Positions 58,576 through 64,000 of a DNA stretch of 64,000 bases are shown here, piece after piece. Source of the stretch: Heteronotia binoei (Eukaryota); the NCBI RefSeq assembly GCF_032191835.1, contig NC_083233.1, positions 9,858,001 through 9,922,000 on the forward strand. The letters are read 5' to 3'. The notes beneath the pieces are model-generated. The model did not search any database. It saw nothing but the letters and a program-made list of their open reading frames with translations, and was not told the origin of the DNA. The translations under genes and the position numbers were made by a program. The number at the start of each line of letters is the position of its first letter. Positions within the stretch are counted from its first letter, which is position 1.

Positions 58576-60067
58576 CCACAACACGATGCATATGAAATTC
58601 CTTTTTCCTCTGTCCCAGAACGTCTCTTGCCTTGGCTGCCGGATGCTGCCACGCGTTTCCTCTGCATCACACAAACCCTTAGGAGAAACACCCTCCTTCC
58701 CTGTCCAAGGTCAAAAGAGGAGACCACTGCTTTGTGCAGCCTCTCCCCTCCTTTGCATCGCTATTCAACTTCTTTGCTCAGTGCCTGTTTTAAGGGAGAG
58801 GTTGGCAAGATCCAGATGGCTTTATGGCACCAGAGACCTGCATGCTCCATTCAGTGCAGCTGCATTAAGACACCGGGACGTTCTGCGAAAGAGGCTTGTT
58901 AAAAATGAAGCATTGCTGTGCCATAGTGCATTGTTCTAGGGCTGCATTGCAAGCTCTTATTCCGTAAGTAATCAGATTGCTGGTGAACAAAAGAGTAACA
59001 AATGGCCACATCAGACTGCTTTTTAATTTATACACAGAACGTGCATAAAAATCTTTTCTTTGGAAACTGGAGTCTTGCTGATTCCTCTGTCTTATTTGAG
59101 AGGTATTGTGAAACAAACTGTTGGGTTTCCTCAGAAAATAATTTCAGAAGCGCCCTGTTCTCCTGTCCTAATTATTTTCATTTATGTATTGAAACAAGCA
59201 GCCCTGTTGTCCAGCCAGTGTGCCGGTTCATGAGAACCATGAGAAGACAGCAGTGTAGACATTATTGGGGTGGGAGGAATTCCAAGATGTCTAGGGAAGA
59301 GTCTCTGTGTGGCTCAGGCAATATACTTTGAATTCCCAGGATCTGTGTATTAGGGATTACTATTTTGACCTTGTTAGACTTAATGCCCGGTAGAGCTGAG
59401 TCTCCCAAGCGTTGATTCCCTCCACAACCAGCCTGAGACAGAAGTGATTTCTCACTGAGATTTGGGGAAGATGGGGCTGCATTCAATCAGTGAGAAGTGA
59501 GGCAGAGAAGGGCACTGTTCTTGGGTAGTTGGCGTTTCCCCCACTATGTGTGAGGGCAGTTTGCCCTTCTGCCACAAGTTTAAATGGAAACTTACTATCT
59601 GGTAAGTTTAAATGGAAAGCAATTAAGAAAAGATGTAGAAAAGAAGAGCAGGAATCGCAAGTGGCTTGCCACAAACCATGCTCACATTTGTGTATGCTGT
59701 GCACACACCTCAAAACAGATGCATGAGCAGCCTCTACATTCCTTTTTGCATAGGAAATTTTGGAAATGCCTCCAGCATGCTCTCTGGACAGCAGTAGTGC
59801 TGGTAGCTGTAAGCCAGAAATGGAGGATGTCTTTAACTTTATTTTTTTGTGTACCGCTATAAAGAATCAATATTATTACGGTGCTGTATTCATAATGGTA
59901 ATATGTTAGGCATCTTCCCGGAATGAAAGGAAGCACACTTTTGCGTTGTTGTGTGCGTGTGGTGCATGATTTGTGTGCTCACCAGCGCATAAAGGCAAGC
60001 CAGCATCTTCAGCAAATTCGCTTGAAAGCCGGTTTAAAACACTGAGACTTGCTTCCTGGGACACGTG

Positions 60068-60350
60068 AATACATGAAGCTGCTTTCTACTGAATCAAATT
60101 CTTGGTCCACCAAAGTCAGCCTTGTCTCCACACCACCTACTGCTTGGTTCAGACACCTGAAGCTGCCTTCTGCTGAAGCAGACCATCGGGCCACCAAAGC
60201 CAGCATCGTCTCCTCAGACTGGCCCGGACTCTCCCGGCTCTCAGGGTCTTTCCCATCGCCTGCCCGCCTGCCTTGTTTCCCTTTAGCTGGAGGTGCCGGG
60301 GATTGAACCTATGCATGCCCAGCGGACGCTCTGCCACTGAGTTGTGGCCC
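60068..60350 (-). mobile_element. Fragments of SINE family B, with a duplicated 3' part
   Basis: catgaagctgc...ggtccaccaaagtcagc repeated, then gggattgaacct (B box). Confidence 0.65.
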
Positions 60351-60428
60351 TTGCAAGAGGTCGGGCTGCGGAGGAGACGACGGGACGGGAGGGCTGCGCT
60401 GGGGCATCCCCGCCGGCGCCACCGCTGC

Positions 60429-60726
60429 CCTGTGGATCTTGGGGGCGCTGCCTGCAAACGGGGAAGGCGCCGCGCGGCTGCTGTCCAGGGTGCTGAAGGG
60501 CTTGCATTGTCTGCAAAGAGGCGCGGGCCTGTGGATCTTAGGGGCGCTGCCTGCAAACGGGGAAGGCGCCGCGCGGCTGCTGTCCAGGGTGCTGAAGGGC
60601 TTGCATTGTCTGCAAAGAGGCGCGGGCCTGTGGATCTTAGGGGCGCTGCCTGCAAACGGGGAAGGCGCCGCGCGGCTGCTGTCCAGGGTGCTGAAAGGCT
60701 TGCATTGTCTGCAAAGAGGCGCGGGC
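60429..60726. repeat. 99-bp GC-rich VNTR, three near-identical copies
   Basis: tgtggatctt recurs at 60431, 60530 and 60629. Confidence 0.93.
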
Positions 60727-60799
60727 TTGCGGGAATTGACTCGAGCAAACAAAAACGCAACGCCGCGACTCTCTCTCTCTCTCTCTGCAGGCCCCCGGC

Positions 60800-61520
60800 A
60801 CACAAGGAGGCTACCTCTTCTTCCGCCCCGCCCCCGATCGCTCTGGGCTCCTGGGTCTCCCGGCCGGGGGAACGCATTCCACGCACACACCCCCAATAGA
60901 GTCACACGTGTTTTAGATCCGGTTCCCATCAGCTGGTGGCAGAAGCCCGGCTCTGTGGAAGTCCCCCTGCCTGGCCCGCCCGCCCGCCCCATGCACCCCA
61001 CAGGCTTCTTCCCCAGCCCGGCCCGGCCCAGCCCAGGGGCGCCGCAGGAGTCTCTGCTTTGGCAGCCCGACGTCGCCCTTACCTGAGCTGGCCCCAGTCC
61101 CTCCTTAGAGCGGCTTCGGGCTTTTCCAAAGGGGCGGTGGGCTCCGCCGTCTCCTCTCCGCGGGCTTCCACCAGCCAGAGGAGAAGAATGCTGAATAGGC
61201 GTGCGGTTGGCACTGCAGGGGCGGGAGTCGCTGCGAGCGGCTGCAGGGGATTCTCGGCGCTGGCCCCGCACTTCGTGGCCCCGACACTGCCTCGGCTGTT
61301 TTCTTCCCCGCCCGCTCTGCCCAGCCGCAGCCTCTTCCTCTGGCTCCGCTCGCTTGCCCAGCAGGAGAAGCAGACGGCAACTGGGCCGGCAGCCCCCGAG
61401 GAGGAGGGGCGGGGGGGGGGGCGGGGAGCCAAACTAAATCCCACCCAGGCCAGCGACACAGCTTGAGCCAGTCTTGGGGAGGGGGGCGAGCTGCTCTTCT
61501 GCAAATGCCGAGGGCCGATT
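60800..61520 (-). promoter_or_regulatory. CpG island with GC boxes and probable first exon (ending 61083) of the minus-strand membrane-protein gene
   Basis: High CpG density, GGGGCGGGG boxes at ~61405-61425 and a consensus donor CAG|GTAAGG at 61083/61082. No ATG on the minus strand within the exon. Confidence 0.65.
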
Positions 61521-61742
61521 CCCCATGCAAGGGTATACATAGAAACAATAGATGTATATTTGGGGCTGTGTTTATTGTACTTATTGTTGGGTTTTGAGAG
61601 TTGTTATCTACCTTGCACCTTCTGTGAGTCGGATGGACAAAAAGGCAAGGGAAATACATTGATGATTGTTTTGAGGACTGCAAGATAATATATGAAAAGC
61701 ACTGTGAACTTTAGAAAGTGCCCGCGGCTGCTGTTATTAAAC

Positions 61743-62010
61743 TGAAGAAGATATTGGATTTATCTCCTGCCCTATACTCTGAATCTCAGAGCGGTCACAA
61801 ACTCCTTTACCTCCCCTCTCCCCACAACAGACACCCTGTGAGGTGAGTGGGGCTGAGAGAGCTCTCACCGCAGCTGCCCTTTCAAGGACAACTCCTACGA
61901 GAGCTATGGCTGACCCGAGGCCATTCCAGCAGCTGGAACTGGAGGAGTGGGAAATCAAACCTGGTTCTCCCAGATAAGAGTCCGCACACTAAACCACTAC
62001 ACCAAACTGG
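61743..62010 (-). mobile_element. Diverged SINE family A
   Basis: Same head and body with more substitutions. Confidence 0.82.
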
Positions 62011-63415
62011 ATTTGTATTGAGATATTTTGCTCTTTATTATGTATTATATATTAAGGTTACAATAAAATGCAGTCTATCCTAAAGAAAAAATCCCTGCTG
62101 AATGAAGAATGGCTGCATAAACTGGGCTGCAATCCTCTTTACATTAACTTGTGAATCAGCCCCAGTGAATACAATATAAAGACTGGGATAATGATTCACA
62201 AGATCTGGCAGGAAAAAAATAAATCATGTTCCATTTAGCTAACTGTTGTTTTTATAGAGTTAGACCAGGCTATCAATAATCAGAGTGCCTCTTGCACACT
62301 AATTTTCAGTTCTCACTTTAGCATTCTGGATAACATCAAGGCCATAAACCACGTATCAAACACCTATGATGGTGTTATGTCCTCGAAAATCTGTCGAAAT
62401 GGGCAAAGTAGCAATGAGGCTTACTAAATTTTCCTGAATTTCAGTTTTACAAGCAACCTTGCTCGATTTGCTCCTGGGTCCAGAAGGTCAGATCAGGGCT
62501 AATGGACTGAAATTATTTCACACCTTTATTTTCTTTTATTGTTCTATTGTTTTTGGTTGGCTAATTTTATCGTATTGTCTTTAAATTTAAATTGTAGGTT
62601 TTTATTGTTCGGTTTATGTTGTGATCCGCCCCGAGTCCATTATGGAAAATATAAGCCTACTAAATAAATACTAAATAAACAAATATTTGGCTAAATATTA
62701 GGAAGAATGTCCTGACAGGAAATTCCTTAGTGGAACAGGTTTCTTGGGAGGTGATGGACTCTCCATCTTTGGAGGTTTTAAAGCAAAAGCTAGTTGACCG
62801 TCTGAAAGCAATGCTGATTCTGTGAATTTAGGCAGATAAATTTTCTTTTAATTCTTCTCATTCTCTTCTCTTCTTTTAATTCTCATGGGCACCATCATTT
62901 TCATAGCTTCTTGGATTAGTTCAGTCAGTGATCTCACCCAGTAAGGGCCAGCTTTGAATAGGATAGCATCATTAGGCTGTAGCCAATCCTGTTCTGCTAT
63001 GTGATGATGTCACAGAAAGTGAGGGCAAATGAAAGGCTTCTGAAGGCTAATGTATATGAATAGGTACACATTTTTTCCAGACATGTTAAAAATTGCCAAA
63101 AGAGGAAGGTGCTATTCAACACTGCCAATCATGTTCACAAGAACCTATGCATGGTTTTGGCATGGTTCTCGTGTGCTTTTTCTTAATTCTGATAAGTATG
63201 GGGCCAAACTACAAGTGATTGGAACTCTAGGTGTACAATGGAAAACAACGGTGGAAACCTAATCTGAATCATTTTGATTGGCATTGGGAGAGGATGGGGG
63301 AAGAATTAACTGCCCCAATACACTTTCTAGGACTGAAAATGGGTCCCTCTATTGTAGCTGGTTTGAGTCCAATTAGGGAGAACAGACAGGCACAAAACTA
63401 GTCTTTTTTCATAAT

Positions 63416-63712
63416 TAAAAAGGTAAAGGTAGTCCCCTGTGCAAGCACCAGTCATTTCCGACTCTGGGGTGATGTCACCTCACAATGTTTTCACAGCAGA
63501 CTTTTTATGGGGTGGTTTGCCATTGCCTTCCCCAGTCATTTACACTTTACCCCCAGCAAGCTGGGTACTGATTTTACCAACCTCAGAAGGATGGAAGGCT
63601 GAGTCAACCTTGAGCTGGCTACCTGAACCCAGCTTCTGTTGAGATCAAACTCGAGTTGCGAGCAGAGCTTGGACTGCAATACTGCAGCTTACCCCTCTGC
63701 ACCATGGGGCTC
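63416..63712 (-). mobile_element. Sauria SINE
   Basis: (ACCTTT)n tail, body cccagcaagctgggtact..ggaaggctgagtcaacc and a tRNA-like head ending near 63712. Confidence 0.85.
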
Positions 63713-64000
63713 CTATTTTTTCATAATTAGAGCCCCCCCCCCACATTCTTATTTGCCTTGCTTGTGTGTTTCTGTTGTTTTAGGTTGTGGGGTTTGCTTT
63801 TTTTTCTGTTCCACATGTGTTTATCTCCCTGTAGTGGTGATTTAATATTACATTGCTTTATGTTTGCATATAAAAAGCTCGGTTTCTATGCCAGATATAC
63901 AGCAAGATAATATCAAACTGACCACTAGAGGGAGAAAAACACATGCAGAACAGACCTCCCCCCCCCCTTCTGCTGAAGCAAAAGGAACACATAAGAGAGG

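Noticed and set aside
59262-59713. Candidate internal exons for the minus-strand membrane-protein gene
   Set aside because: Pyrimidine-rich acceptors exist, but no acceptor/donor pair gave an open frame with compatible phases.
60149-61271. Overlapping 200-320 aa ORFs with repeated 33-aa units
   Set aside because: Explained by the 99-bp VNTR and CpG-island composition. They are open in several frames and on both strands at once.

Overview
Vertebrate genomic DNA, most likely a squamate and probably a gecko (Sauria SINE, 5S-derived SINEs, BovB-type RTE, CR1, L2, Penelope-like and hAT MITE families). It contains one 631-N assembly gap (45254-45884). Most six-frame ORFs are LINE fragments, SINE read-through or GC-rich repeat artefacts. 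Two host genes are supported. (1) On the + strand, a C8orf48 homologue with five phase-consistent coding exons (17116-37990, 276 aa) and a probable non-coding first exon in a CpG-rich promoter at ~9.8-10.1 kb. (2) On the - strand, an unidentified single-pass membrane protein gene (terminal exon 52968-52598, probable exon 53652-53459, first exon in the CpG island at ~61.1-61.4 kb). The most unusual structure lies between the two convergent genes (43.1-47.9 kb). There, a ~370-bp-arm foldback is split by a 3.9-kb hAT-like insertion with a 6-bp duplication. The insertion carries a ~165-bp double-hairpin GC-rich tandem array, nine tandem 67-bp CR1 3' ends and a second ~400-bp-arm palindrome. Other highlights: a young tRNA-SINE with a variable number (1, 2, 3, 6) of tandem 104-bp 3' modules; Penelope-type minimal hammerhead ribozyme motifs; three solo LTRs with 5-bp target duplications, two of them beside the C8orf48 promoter. 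All protein identifications rest on recalled sequences, not database searches.
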